Below, piece after piece: positions 28,618 through 41,731 of a stretch of 64,000 bases of DNA. Made by a program: the position numbers and the translations under genes. The stretch is from Basidiobolus meristosporus CBS 931.73. Lineage: Eukaryota; Fungi; Basidiobolomycota. The stretch lies in contig MCFE01000008.1 in the NCBI GenBank assembly GCA_002104905.1, forward strand, positions 202,173-266,172, written 5' to 3'. Below the pieces are notes generated by a model, which saw only the letters and a list, made by a program, of their open reading frames with translations, was not told the origin of the DNA and searched no databases. Numbering within the stretch: the first letter of the stretch is position 1; each line of letters starts with the position of its first letter.

Positions 28618-29790
28618 ATGCTCTGCTCACCCGACAACTCCGCTCTTCAAATCCACAACTTGCCTGGCAAGCCCAAGCCCGTGAACCACCTAATCACCCT
28701 CGCCGAGCTTACAAAAGAGCAAATTTACCGCCTGCTGATCAATTCTGCTCAGCACAAGTACAACGTCAAGTGTGAGGGTAAGCCCTCGTCCAACCCGCTG
28801 GGCGGCAAGAGTGTAGCCATGATTTTCTCTAAGCGCTCTACCCGCACTCGTGTCGCTACTGAAACTGCCACTGCATATCTTGGTAATTTAATAGAATCAC
28901 TGCCCATATGTATGCCTCTCGCTAACCAGATTCTGCTTCACAAGGTGGTCATGCCATGTTCCTTGGCTCTCAAGACATTCAGATGGGAGTGAACGAATCC
29001 TTGCTGGATACATCAGTCGTGGTTTCTAGCATGGTCGATGGCATCATGGCTAGAGTCGGCGCCCATCAAGAGATTTTGGTAGGTGGATGCGAACGGTCTT
29101 ATATCTATATATATGGTTCTCAAATGACTTGCGATGTAGGAACTTGCCAAGTACTCCACTGTTCCTGTAGTCAATGCTTTGACTGATAAATACCATCCCA
29201 CCCAAATCCTAGCCGATTTACTAACATTACATGAGGCTCGTGCAAATGACGAGAACTACCGTGCTCACCTCATCCATCCCGAAGAAACCCTTGCAGGACT
29301 TCGCGTAGCCTGGGTTGGTGATGCCAACAACATCCTTCACAGCTTGATGGTTACCCTGCCAAAGCTTGGACTTCACCTCTCCATTGCTACCCCCGCCAAT
29401 TACCATCCTGATGAAGATGTCTTGGAGATCGCAAAGATGGAGGCAGCCAAGTCAAACACTGAGCTCACCTTTACTACCAATCCATTGGAAGCCATTCAAG
29501 GCGCAGATGTCATTGTCACCGACACGTGGGTTAGCATGGGCCAGGAGAGCGAGAAAGCTCAAAGATTGAAGGAGTTTGCTGGATATCAAATCACCATGGA
29601 GATGATCAACAAGGGAAAGCCCAATGAGAATTGGAATTTCCTCCATTGCTTGCCTCGTAAGCCCGAAGAGGTTGATGATGAGGTGTTCTATTCGAAGAAC
29701 TCGCTTGTCTTCCAAGAGGCCGAAAACCGGAAATGGACCATTCTTGCCGTGTTCGAGGCCCTCTTCGTAAACGGCGAATTCCAAGCTTAA
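28618..29790 (+). CDS. ARG3: Ornithine carbamoyltransferase
   Basis: KRSTRTR; [11 protein letters not shown]; [10 protein letters not shown]; FLHCLPR; EAENRKW. Start codon uncertain. Confidence 0.95.
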
Positions 29791-29966
29791 GCCATGCATT
29801 GCATTGATACCACCCACCACCTTAATGTAGCCACTGTATTTTCTCGCCCTTGCATTATGATTGTATGTAATAAAGTCAATAGATTCCGGAATACATATCC
29901 ATCGCAGTAGTTTACATATCCTTGATGGACTTTTTTATTTGGACAGTACGCACAGGGAGCATTGAC

Positions 29967-30449
29967 TTAGATTAGGGTCTCGTATGCGATAGGGTAAATG
30001 GTGGTAGGGGCATTATCCTTGGTGGAGACGTGACGAGCCTCACGAGGCTGGACAGGTTGACGTTTGAGATGAATGGTTTGACCAGCAGCCTTGGCATCCT
30101 TCTTCTTCTGAGCATTCTCCTTGACACGGCGCAGGAAATCATCGCGGCACTTGGAGTGCTTGATGTGCTCAATGCGAACGTTGACGCGCTTCTCCATGTA
30201 ACGGTTACCAACACGTTTGTTGATGATGATACCGACAGAGGTCTTGGTTACGTTGTAAACGATACCGGTTCTGCCGTGGTAGTACTTGTGTGGCATGCCC
30301 TTCTGAATCGAAGCATTGGCCTTGATATCAACAATATCCCCGACCTTGTAGGTCTTCAAGTAAGTCGAAAGCTTGACGGGACCATGTTCACGGAATTTTT
30401 GGGAGAACAGGTGACGGGTACGGGCACGATAACCGAATGAGTGAGGCAT
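29967..30449 (-). CDS. RPL21: 60S ribosomal protein L21 (eL21); predicted 5'-UTR intron 30459-30630
   Basis: MPHSFGYRARTR..GMPHKYYHGRTG. Upstream GTAAGT donor, CACTAAC branch site and TTCTTAG acceptor on the minus strand. Confidence 0.98.
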   Translation of the reverse strand: MPHSFGYRARTRHLFSQKFREHGPVKLSTYLKTYKVGDIVDIKANASIQKGMPHKYYHGRTGIVYNVTKTSVGIIINKRVGNRYMEKRVNVRIEHIKHSKCRDDFLRRVKENAQKKKDAKAAGQTIHLKRQPVQPREARHVSTKDNAPTTIYPIAYETLI

Positions 30450-30630
30450 ATTTGCTTACTAAGAAACAATTTGATCCAACATAATATCAGTTAGTGCTTG
30501 GGTCACTAGAGTTGCCAAACAATACGCATGCGCCTTCATAATCCACATCCAACCCATATCCATTCCTTATGTACACTTTTGGCGACTTCGCATTGCTTAA
30601 TGTACGTCTGTATAGACTTCATATACTTAC

Positions 30631-30880
30631 AGGAATTCCCCAGAAGACTCGCGAAAGAGAAAGGGATGCCCACCCAGCTCGAGGCACGCTTTATTTCCCG
30701 GGATCAAGGGCAGAAAAAAAATCCCCACCACCAGCAGGGGTCGATCACGAAGAGATCTATGAAGCATGATTGGACTGAACTAGGGAGGGTTCTGATTTTT
30801 TCGTCGAAACGCCGGTTAAAAATGAGGTCTTCGCTGGAGAAACTACCTTTTCCCTTGGTCAGATTTAACAACGGCACAGC
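30631..30880. promoter_or_regulatory. Compact bidirectional promoter region between RPL21 and RPS9
   Basis: About 250 bp lie between the RPL21 5'-UTR intron donor and the RPS9 ATG; the genes are divergent. Confidence 0.6.
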
Positions 30881-31616
30881 ATGGCTCCCCCGAGAAACTG
30901 TATTCTTTAAAAACCGCGACTCGGTAATTTTCCGTACATAAAAAGTTGTTTGTTTTAAAGAAGAGAGACCTAGCATATTCTCTGGGCATGAACGAATAAA
31001 TAGGTCGAGCTTAAAGTCAAAGGAAAGTTGCAGCTGTCACTTTACCGAATCTCTCTCTACTTTCTTTAGGCTCCAAAACCTACAAGGTCCCTAGACGTCC
31101 TTTCGAGAAAGAACGTATCGATCAAGAATTGAAGATCATCGGTGAGTACGGTCTTCGTAACAAGCGTGAGATTTGGAGAATCGGATACACCCTTTCCAAC
31201 ATTCGTCGTGCCGCTCGTGAGCTCCTCACCTTGGACCCCAAGGACACCCGTCGTCTTTTCGAAGGTAACGCCCTTATCCGTCGTCTCATCCGTATCGGTG
31301 TCTTGGACGAAAGCAAGGCCAAGCTTGATTATGTCTTGGGCCTCAAGGTTGAAGATTTCTTGGAGCGCAGACTCCAAACCCAAGTTTTCAAGCTTGGATT
31401 GGCCAAGTCCATTCACCACGCCCGTGTTCTCATCAAGCAAAGACACATCCGTGTTGGCAAGCAAGTCGTCGATATCCCCTCCTTCGTTGTTCGTTTGGAA
31501 TCCCAGAAGCACATCGACTTCGCCTTGACTCTCCCTATGGTGGTGGCCGTCCTGGTCGTGTCAAGAGAAAGAGAATGGCCTCTGCCGGTGGTGATGCTGA
31601 GGAAGATGAGGAATAA
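30881..31616 (+). CDS. RPS9: 40S ribosomal protein S9 (uS4): exon 30881-30899, intron 30900-31069, exon 31070-31616, apparent -1 indel near 31530
   Basis: MAPPRN|[45 protein letters not shown]. The conserved tail [14 protein letters not shown] lies in a shifted frame. Confidence 0.96.
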
Positions 31617-32083
31617 ATTGATCCTGACCTTCAGCTTTATGCCGTTTTTCCAATAAAACACTTGATCATCACTCAGTAGCACCAGTACTATGCCTAACCA
31701 CAGTAATACCTCTCACGTATTCAGAGGGGTGCGCACATCCGTCGACACAAACATAATAAATAGACCGCAAGAGCGAACAATTAATTCTAAAGGTTTATTT
31801 GAGATCTTTTCTGAGGATGGTGGCAATTAGTTGTTTTACTCTCATGAAAAGAACGTGAAAACTCCGGCCGACCTCTATCAACTTTCGAGATTTACATAAT
31901 AAACAGCTGGTTAAAGGCTGTTCGTACAAACAAAAGACAGGTACATGTGTATGGACTTAAATTGAAACCAAAGAATTCCTATAGAAGAGTCAAAGAATAT
32001 AGAATGAACAGACATAGAAGGGTAGTGAACTGGGAGCGCTGAGTGATTTATAAGATGTTGTACCATATTAGCATCACAAGTGA

Positions 32084-33662
32084 TTACTCAGACTTGGACT
32101 TCTTTGATTTCTTTTCCTTCTTTTCTTTTTTCTCCTTCTTCTCCTTCTTTTCCTTCTTCTTTTCCTTCTTCTCCTTCTTCTCATCCTCGGAGTCACTGCT
32201 TTCGGCCTTTCTCTTCTTGGTCTCCTCAACAGCGGTCTCCTCCTCAACTTGGACAGTCTTTTGAGCAACGGGGGTCACTGGGGCAGCGGGGGTGGTGGGC
32301 ATAGCGGCAGCAGCGGCTTCGCTGTCGTTGTAGTCGACATAAGATCCCTTCCAAGAGCTGGGGGTTTGCTCGTTGACACGGCCATATTTGTCGAGCTTGC
32401 CATCCTTGATCAACTTCTTCTTCTCAAGGGCCTTGGGTCCCAATCCCCACTTACGAGGATAGGTGTCACGCTCCATGACAACTCTCTTGATCTTGGCGAC
32501 AACACCGTGATCGCAGGTGGCCATAACGGCGGTGGTCATCATGGCGATACCGAGGGCAATGGCCTCACCCTTGGTGGTCATAAGAACAACCTCCTCCCCA
32601 ACTTCGATGCCAGACTCGTAACGGAGCAAACCGGGAACCATAACCTTGGCACCGTAGCAGATGGCGTTGACGGCACTATCCTTGATAACAATGCGCTTGT
32701 ATGAGACAAGAAGCATTTCAAGAGGACGGATGACACGGCGAAGATATGACTCATCCTTGGTGTTATCGTAGACCCATTGGGCATCCAAGACATCGTGCAT
32801 GGTGACCATGCCCTCATTTTCGGAAAGGGCACCGGAACGGACACGACGAAGCTCTTGCATGTGACCACCGACACCAAGGAGTAAACCAAGATGGACACAC
32901 AGAGTACGCATGTAGGTACCAGCTTCGCAGCTAGCCCAGAAGACACCCAAATGTCTGTCGTTGTCATATTCAAAGAGCTTGGACTCGTAGATGGTACGAA
33001 TACGCAATTGACGCTTGACAGCGGATATAAGAGGAGGTCTCTGGAAAAGAGAACCGGTCAAGGTCTCGATGGCTTGGGCAACCTTCTTTTCATCATCGAC
33101 AGCGTCGTGGAGACGAAGGACGCAGACGTACTCCTTACCAGCACCTTGCTGAGACTTAACCAAGCGAGTGGCTCTGTCAATGCACACGATCAAACAACCG
33201 GTAACCTTAGGGTCAAGAGTACCACTGTGACCGGTCTTGTCACAACGAAGGATTCTTCTGATCCAGGCAACAACTTCGTGGGAAGAGGGGTTGGCTGGCT
33301 TATCGAGGTTGATAACACCATATCTGCACATGAAAATGTTGGTGAAAGTGAAATGGGAAATAAACCCTGGAAGAATCTATTTACCTGATGTATTCGCGCA
33401 ATTCACGCTTCAAAGGAGAGCAACCGTTAGGAATAGGGGTGTAGTGACCAGTTCTAACATTGAGTTTGTCGTAGTTCTAGAAGAGCGTGACGAACAAAAG
33501 ATTAAACAAGTGCGGACCAATCAATTGACGATTCCCTCCTACCTTCAACAACAAGGGCCATTTTGAGGTATCGAGAGTGGGAACAGTGTTGGTGGGCTGG
33601 ATGAGGAAGTCACCTTGCTGTTGCTTCTCGGCGACGGTCTGCTCGGTCTTTTTGGGAGACAT
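32084..33662 (-). CDS. CBF5: H/ACA snoRNP pseudouridine synthase Cbf5/dyskerin, 2 introns
   Basis: WPLLLK|[14 protein letters not shown]..|[18 protein letters not shown]; [12 protein letters not shown]; KKE-repeat tail. Confidence 0.98.
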
Positions 33663-34084
33663 GACTAACTAAAGATAGGTACCTAAGAAAATTGCGATGC
33701 TGTTCCCTTCGTTGAACAAAAAGAGGATACCACAATAAGGTAGACAAGCTATACAATCAGGTAGAGATAAAAAAAAATCCGAACGAGAAAAAAGAAAAAA
33801 AGACTACATTGATTATTGGTTAACTACAAATTTTTTCCAAAAAAAAATCCCCATTTCGAACTTCACTCTTGAGGATCTTGAATGCTGGCTCATCTTACGT
33901 CAGGAAAGCATCGGTGCCTCAGCAGCCAAGTTATGTTACTTATGCACGCATCTAATGTGAAGATAACTATTCCTAGTTTTATTACAGAATTTCAATAAAC
34001 GTACAAATGATGTTGCAAAAAATCTCGGTCCACTCTACAGGCTACAGGCTCAACAACTGAAGAGTGCGACTAAAAACCGCCAAT

Positions 34085-34358
34085 TTAGGCTCCACCGACG
34101 ATGATGTTGTTGATGGGAATGTGAACTAATTTAACGAAATAACCGATGAAGCCCATCAGAAGGAAGCCAATGGCTACGGCTTGGGTAATCTTCAGAAATT
34201 CTAAGGTCATCTCCTGTTAGTCGAGCTACTTTTAACGACAAAAATATCAGGGCGATGTACGTACCTCTTTCATCGGGCTTTGTGCACTTGTTGAGTAACT
34301 GGATGCACTCCTTGGCGAATTGCTTGGGCTCCTCAAGTAAGGAATTTAACTGATCCAT
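34085..34358 (-). CDS. SSS1: Sec61 gamma subunit
   Basis: ..KCTKPDER|[38 protein letters not shown]. Confidence 0.95.
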
Positions 34359-35028
34359 GGCTGTAGCAGAAAGAGGTGAACAAAGAACGTTAACTTCACC
34401 TTTCCTGTTCAAAACAATTATATATGCACTTGAGCTATTAGCAAGTGCTAGTTAACTGGGTTAGTGATTTCCTAGGCGAGCCAATAGTATTTGGACAACA
34501 GGCTTAAGATTAAGGCTATCATTGGATTAGGGAGGACGCGATATTTGATGTCTCCTGTGAAATTGGTGACCACCACCAGTTCGTTTTGCGCTAACCTAAG
34601 CAGATTTTCGATGTTAGCAATCCGTATAAACCATTGATACCCCCTGACAATAATGGCAGCATGCATGTTGTATATTCAGCCATCATCGCGCTAAACATTG
34701 ATTCGACACCAGGTTTGAGGTATTGATGTCAAATGTGTACATTGACTGTTATTGGTGGCTTTTGATGGAGCCATTTCTGAATAGTGCTAAGCCATTTGCA
34801 TTGCTTTAATCAAAATAAATTCAATGTGAATAGAAATTTTCTTTTGATTTTGGATTTTTTTTCTGGTTTTACAATGGAGGTTTTTTTTTTCTTTTTTTTT
34901 CTCGACGAAGGGATATCATTCATCTGCGCAAATTGGCTACACTTGCTCTGGACTCTGCAACGTCTATTCTGCCCGTTCTTGGTTCCTACTTCCCCACCCA
35001 AACCACCAATTCTTGTTGAAGTGGAGTC

Positions 35029-37073
35029 ATGTCTCTCTATAATTTCAAAAAAATCCAGGTCGTGCCCAGTGCCGACGAGTTCTTGGACATTGTGCTGAGC
35101 AAGACTCAGCGTAAAACCGCCACTGTGGTTCACAAGAACTACAGTATCGGCAGAATTCGTACATTTTACATGAGAAAAGTTAAATTCACTCAAGACAGTT
35201 TCGAAGAGAAATTAAAGTTGATGCTTGAAGATTTCCCTCAACTCGACGTAGGCCCAGTTGTGTTGCTCCTTGTGTGAAGTGTAACTAACGTATGAACCCT
35301 TTCTCTTTTAGAACATTCATCCCTTCTATGCCGATCTCATGAACGTTCTTTACGATAAAGACCATTACAAGCTTGCTTTGGGTCAAATCAACACTGCTCG
35401 TCACTTGATTAGCGCCGTCGCTAAGGATTATGTCCGTCTTCTCAAGTTCGGTGATTCTCTCTACAGATGCAAGCAGTTGAAGAGAGCTGCTCTTGGTCGG
35501 TACGTAAGCTCTTCGTTTAATGCTGGACGTGAACAAGGATTAATCGGTTTCATTCAATTTAAACAGTATGGCCACCATTATGAAGCGTCAAAAGGATAGT
35601 TTGGCTTACTTGGAGCAAGTTCGTCAGCATTTGTCCCGTCTTCCTTCCATCGATCCCAACACTCGTACATTGGTTATCTGTGGTTATCCTAACGTTGGAA
35701 AGTCCAGTTTCTTGAACAAGGTTTCAAGAGCTGATGTAGATGTTCAGCCATATGCTTTCACTACCAAGTCCCTCTTCGTTGGTCACATGGATTACAAGTA
35801 CCTTCGTTGGCAAGTGATCGATACTCCAGGTATTTTGGATCATCCCCTCGAAGAAATGAACACCATCGAAATGCAGTCCATTACCGCCCTTGCTCATCTT
35901 CGTGCTTGTATTATGTTCTTCATGGACTTGTCTGAGCAATGTGGATACAGTGTTGCCGATCAGTGCAAGCTCTATCACAACATCAAGCCATTGTTCGCCA
36001 ACAAGCCCACCGTACTGGTTGTCAACAAGATTGATGTGTGCCGCCCCGAAGATCTGAAGGAGTCCGACCAAGCCTTGCTTCAGGAAATCGTCAACGATGG
36101 TAATGTCACCATGGTTCAAGTCAGTTGTTACACTGAGGAGGGTGTCATGGATACCAGAAACGCCGCTTGCGATAAGTTGTTGTCTTCTCGTGTTGAGATG
36201 AAGATGAAGGGACAGAAGATCAACGATGTCCTCAACAAACTTCACCTTACCAAGCCAGTTCAAAGAGACGACATTGAGAGACCTGTCATCATCCCTGAGG
36301 CCGCTCGCAGCAAGGTTAAATATGACATTAACGATCCCAACCGTAGAAAACTCGAAAGAGACATTGAGGCCGAGAACGGTGGTGCTGGTGTCTACAACGT
36401 CGATCTTAAGAAGATCTACGACCTGGCCAATGAGGAATGGAAATACGATACTATTCCTGAAATCTTGGATGGCAAGAACGTTGCTGACTTCATTGACGCC
36501 GATATCGCTGAGAAACTGGACGCTTTGGAGCGCGAGGAGGAGCGTTTAGAAGCTGAAGGCTTCTACAACTCCGACGAGGAGATGGAGAACTCCGAAGATG
36601 AAGCCATCAAGGAAGCTGCCGGCGCTATCAAGGAGAAGAGACAAATCATGACCTTGGTTAGTCGTCACAAGAAGATCAGAAACAGACCTGTTCTTCCTGC
36701 CAAGGCAGCAGCCAGGTCTTCCACTGTCAGCGACATGCACGACCATTTGAGTAGCATGGGTATCGATGCCTCTGAGGTCCGTGCCAGAAGCCAAAACAGA
36801 AAGAGAGCTAGATCCGAGTCTCGTGCTACTAGCATGGCCCGTGAAAACAGCCAAGGACCTACCACCCGCACTGCTAGCATGGTTCGTGACAGAAGCACCA
36901 TGGGCTTGCGCAACGTCAAGCAGAAGGTGGACGCCGTCAAGATCCAGAAGAAGTCTCAGCGCACCAACAACTTGCTTGCCAAGCGTGGTGAAGCCGATCG
37001 TGATATTCAGACCAAATTACCCAAGCACTTGTTTGCTGGCAAAAGAAAGATGGGCAAGACTGACCGCAGATAA
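35029..37073 (+). CDS. NOG1: Nucleolar GTP-binding protein 1, multi-exon
   Basis: [13 protein letters not shown]; [11 protein letters not shown]; DTPGILD; [16 protein letters not shown]. Confidence 0.98.
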
Positions 37074-37668
37074 ATCCGCATCCCCAGTCTTATCAACGTC
37101 TAATTCCATTCGAACACCGATTCTTCTCTGTATCACCGTCGCTACATACACTTCTATTACTTGTTTTCTTTCATTATCATATCGTTTATTTTAGAGTGCA
37201 CATAGGTAATTTTTCGATTTCCCTCCTTATGCTAATACATCGTCGAAACAAACACGAATAAAACGCGTATATACCAATGGCTATGTGTTGCATCATCAGG
37301 GGGTTTATATATCGGCTTTGAGCCCATGAATTTTCCGCATATTATCGACAGCGAATAACCACCACGCCAATGGTGGGGATGGGAGGGCAGCGTTAATTAA
37401 CCCACCAGGTTGTTCATTCATGCTTTTGAAGCGGTTGATGATCTTGCGCTACCCTAAACTGGTTTAATCAATTCCCTTTCTCATTAATTGCTGTACTTAT
37501 TATTCATTCTGCCATTTACTCACAGTTCACCTTGTTTTTGCTCTTTCTTTTGCTATCTGCGGCAGCCTTATTATTACACAGTACTCTGTGTTCCTCTTCT
37601 TTTCTTTACAGCCGGCCGTTCCCCACATCTGGACAGTAGCCTATTAGACATCATCCACACCTTTATAC

Positions 37669-38467
37669 ATGGCCTCCCTTTTCAAAGCATTGCTTGATTG
37701 GTTACGAAGCCTCTTCTTCAAAGAAGAGATGGAGCTGACGTTGGTTGGTCTACAGAACTCTGGAAAAACCACTCTGGTCAACGTCATTGCTGTGAGTTGC
37801 TTTTGTATTCAGCGTTCTCGCCACAGGCATTCTTGAATTCGTACTCATCTGCGATGTCTTTTCTTTGTATATTCCCTTACCCTCATCGATTGAACATTCC
37901 TAGTCTGGTCAGTTCACTGAAGATATGATCCCAACGGTCGGCTTCAACATGCGCAAAGTTACCAAGGGCAACGTCACCATGAAGCTATGGGATATTGGGG
38001 GCCAGCCAAGATTCCGAAGCATGTGGGAGAGATATTGTCGCGGGGTGAACTCTATTGTGTAAGCATCAGTGTACTGTGAGAAATTTGGTTTGTTCAGTGT
38101 GTGATTTACATGCCTTGGTTTTACAGATTCGTAATCGATTCCGCAGACCATGAGAAGTTCGATGCGGCCAAGACAGAGCTAAGAAGTCTGCTGGAAAAGC
38201 CACAACTTGCCAACATCCCAGTGCTAGTGCTTGGCAACAAAAACGACCTTCCAGGTGCCCTGACTGTAGAAGAGCTTATTGAGACTATGTAGGTTTTTGC
38301 ACCCGGGAGGAGTGGGAACGCTTACTGACGAACGTTTTCTATGATGTAGGAACTTGAAATCAATCACCAATCGTGAATTGTTTTGTTATTCAATCTCCGC
38401 CAAGCAACAAGTTAACATCGACCTCACATTGCAATGGCTTATCAAGCATGCAAGGTCAGGGAAATAA
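37669..38467 (+). CDS. ARL8: Arf-like GTPase ARL8, multi-exon
   Basis: [31 protein letters not shown]; [20 protein letters not shown]; LGNKNDL. Confidence 0.93.
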
Positions 38468-38892
38468 AGTGCTACGGGACCATCTTATTACACGACCAGT
38501 ACAGGACTCGAATATATGTAAATCGATTTTTTGAGATGATGAAAGAAGCCCTTACTTTCATGACATCCTATCCGGCTAATCTTTCCTTCCTTGTCCATTG
38601 GTCCATATCCTTTCTTACCTTACACCAACCACCACCACTGCTGCTGCTGCTACCACTACTACTACTACTACCATTGCTCGCGTTCATGCAATCGGAGGAT
38701 ACAGTGCTCGTCCACACCCTTTATTGACTGAATTTATATATCTAGTATTAATTTGATTAAAACCATTTTTGTTCGAATGAACATCCAGTATGCAGGTCAC
38801 TGCTGTATTCCATAGAATTAAAGACATTGTTTATTCATCTGGGTGGCGCAAACCTTTTTATTTACAGAGTTACATATATGTATATTTTGTGC

Positions 38893-39644
38893 CTAAGCAT
38901 TCTCGATTCGTTGCATGAGACGTCGGTATTGCTCGCTCTCAATTCTTCGGCGTCTCCAGACCAGCAAGATTCCGGAGCAAACACTCAGGAAGATTACGAA
39001 ACCCTGTATATGATGGTGGAGAGGCCGTTAGTTCTGGTTCATGTTGGCTGACCAAGTCGTTTGTCGCTTACCATAAACTTGAAAAATTGCAATTTTTCAT
39101 GGTATTTGGTTCTGGAGCAGCTACGATAGTTGGGCAGCTCCACTACAGCCAGATGCTTGCCAGCTTCGATGGGCGTGCATTGGATTGGCTCCTTGTAGCC
39201 TGTGTCTTGGCAGTATGGATTTGTGGCCTGAATGAATATGTTTGACGTTCAGCTTGACTTTACGAAGCTTGTGAATAATTGCATTCACTTACCGACTCTT
39301 CATCGCTGCATCGTCGGCAGGAGCCCATTGAATAGCACTGGTACAAATCGTTGAGCTGGGCTTCATTCACACCAGCAGTGGTACCTTCTCGTAGCAATTT
39401 TTCGTCAGCATCTTGTTCCATTGGTCTGTCAGGAGAGTACTCTGCAGGCTTAAGGCTGGTGTTCTCTCCAGTATAATGAACATTTCGAAAGGCACCAACT
39501 AGCAAAAGACTATAGGTTGCAAAAGTTCAGCCATTGTATGGTTTGGCCGAAACATTACTAGAATAAGTATTACCATAGTGTGCCGGCAAGAAGCCACCAA
39601 AGGTATTTCCTCCGGCTGCTGAACTTTCGCTCTGAGGTTTTCAT
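38893..39644 (-). CDS. JTB (jumping translocation breakpoint)-like single-pass membrane protein, 4 predicted exons
   Basis: Spliced product: hydrophobic N-terminus, CYSMGSCRRCSDEES|ATNPYCQDTGYKEPIQC..YRSCSRTKYHEKLQFFKFM|GFVIFLSVCSGILLVWRRRRIESEQYRRLMQRIENA*. Cys spacing, TGYxExIxC, FxKFxG, TM and basic tail parallel animal JTB. Confidence 0.7.
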
Positions 39645-40014
39645 GCTGGTTTTGTAATTAATTATTATTAAGTTGGGTAGAAAAGTTTATCCGAGTTGTA
39701 AAGTTAGAGTGGTGGTTAGTGGTGATTAGGTTGGGATAAAGAAGGGTTCACAACGACTCGGATCGACCTAAGTGGTTTATTGGTCAGATAAATCCAATTC
39801 TGAATGCATTCAAACCTTGGCCCGATTCATTGCGGACGTCTCCGATCTCAAATGCTCCGGATCAATGGTGATGATACTGCATGGATGCGGATTTACTCTG
39901 AATGTTGTGCAAGCTATCTCAATTTATGATGACGTTTATGGTTATTCTACAACTAATTAATCAATTCAGCTTGGTTCAGTTTCTTATTTCTCTCCACTAC
40001 GCTGAAGTATTCCA

Positions 40015-41111
40015 ATGAACGACGTTAGTATACTACAAACAGCATTTCTCCTTTATACCCGAGTATTCACTGTTTTTTCTTGAAGGAATTCAGCCCCCGC
40101 TTCGCCTATGAAGATAGTGAGGATGAGTTTGAAAAAGAAGAGGAGCTGACTAAGTTCGATTTACCACTATTCAAATGGCTGAAATCTGATGGCTCTGCTG
40201 TACCGGAGGTGGACGTATTGTTAATAGGAAGTGGTGGGGGCGCCACTTATCTAAATCTAAACATACCAAAGAAGTTGATCGGTGGTTTTTTAATGCCTGA
40301 AATGAACTTGGTAGGGTCAACTTGTGCGAGCTTCCTGTTAGTGGATCTATGTTTGACGACGAATCTATACCAATAGAAATCGAACCCGTTCGACCAGTTC
40401 TCTGTCGAAAGTTCAAGCTGCGGCCTTTACGAAATCGGTACCACACCGAAAACCTACATGCTGCTCTGCTGCTGTTCAATTGACAGTGAAGCTTCCCTCC
40501 TGCTTGGTCGGGCTATACTCTCTACCCTCCGCCCTAAAAAGTTGAAAATTTAAACCGCCATCACAAAGCGACTGTCATTAACTGCTTATTAATTATAGAG
40601 TCATCATGTTGGATGCTTTGGATGTATCGGACTATATTCCTCCGAGAACCAACGATGCGGCAACAACCACATCCCCCATTCGTTATCTTCAAACTTCTGC
40701 AGCTCCTTGGGTAGGCTTCTTGATACGAACACTTCTTTGTTACATGTGTATATATTAACTAAGCAATCGTCGAACGTTATGCAGAATTGCGATTTCCAAA
40801 TGTTGGAAATACCAAATATCGTCAAAAACCTTAGCGGAGCGATCTTAACAAACGTCAGTGCAATCGTTGCCTCCTTAGGACTATAACCACTAACTGCTCT
40901 TCTACAGTGTGAAATCAAGGGCATCCCTGCCGCACTCTACCTGACATTTGAGGATCGTAGATTCAAGCTAGAGAAGCCAACCAATTCGTACAAAGAGATC
41001 CTAAGCTACCTCGCCACTCAATCCATTGTGCCACAGCTACCACAGTGTAACAAAAGAAGCAACCCTTCGACACATAGAAACACCGCGAGTAACAGCACTC
41101 TCTATCTGTAA
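40015..41111 (+). CDS. Proteasome assembly chaperone PAC1/PSMG1-like, multi-exon
   Basis: MND|EFSPRFAYEDSEDE acidic N-terminus; CEIKGIPAALYL; C-terminal HbYX motif (..TLYL*), as in Pba1/PAC1. Confidence 0.65.
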
Positions 41112-41731
41112 ATGGTAATGGTGATCGGTTTTGCCTTGGAGTTAGCCATAGTAATGAATGGCAATTCTTACTGAATAATCTTAATAAACAAAACACTCCA
41201 CAACGTCGAAACATTGAGATATCAAACTTCAGTATTCCGGATTCAGCCACTATTATTAATGAAATATCAGTTGATGGTTGGCCCTTACTTCAGACACATA
41301 GACTAGCCATTGGAAAGCCAGTGATTTGTAACATATGTGCTTGTCCAGTGATTTGTTGGTGCTCTATTGGTTGGAGGGGTTGGAACATTACCGTGTCATT
41401 GCAATACTTGTGTAAACATTCATTAAATATGCAAGCCTGGAAATGACGAGGCCAGCCCAAATCCCATAATATTCGGGGGTGTTTCCAAGGATTACGGAGT
41501 TATAACATCTATCGCAACTACCTCCCTAGCATATTTGAAATAATAAGACAACGTAACTAGCGAATTCCTGCTAGTTTCTTGAGAAAAATACGCAGAAAAC
41601 AGAATAGTTAAGGTAGTACGTCTCTAGTTGATTGCTAAACAGCAATCTTTGGCTATCCTTCGAACTGTTACTGACCACTGGCTCCCTTTATCCCAACTAC
41701 TGACGTAGCTTTGTGAAAAGTATATAATACC

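Noticed and set aside
32084-32200. Purine/pyrimidine-skewed repeat tract
   Set aside because: It encodes the well-known KKE/KKD tail of Cbf5.
38631-38690. CCA/CTG/CTA triplet runs and ORF 38434-38727
   Set aside because: Simple microsatellite in the ARL8 3' region; the ORF is a by-product.
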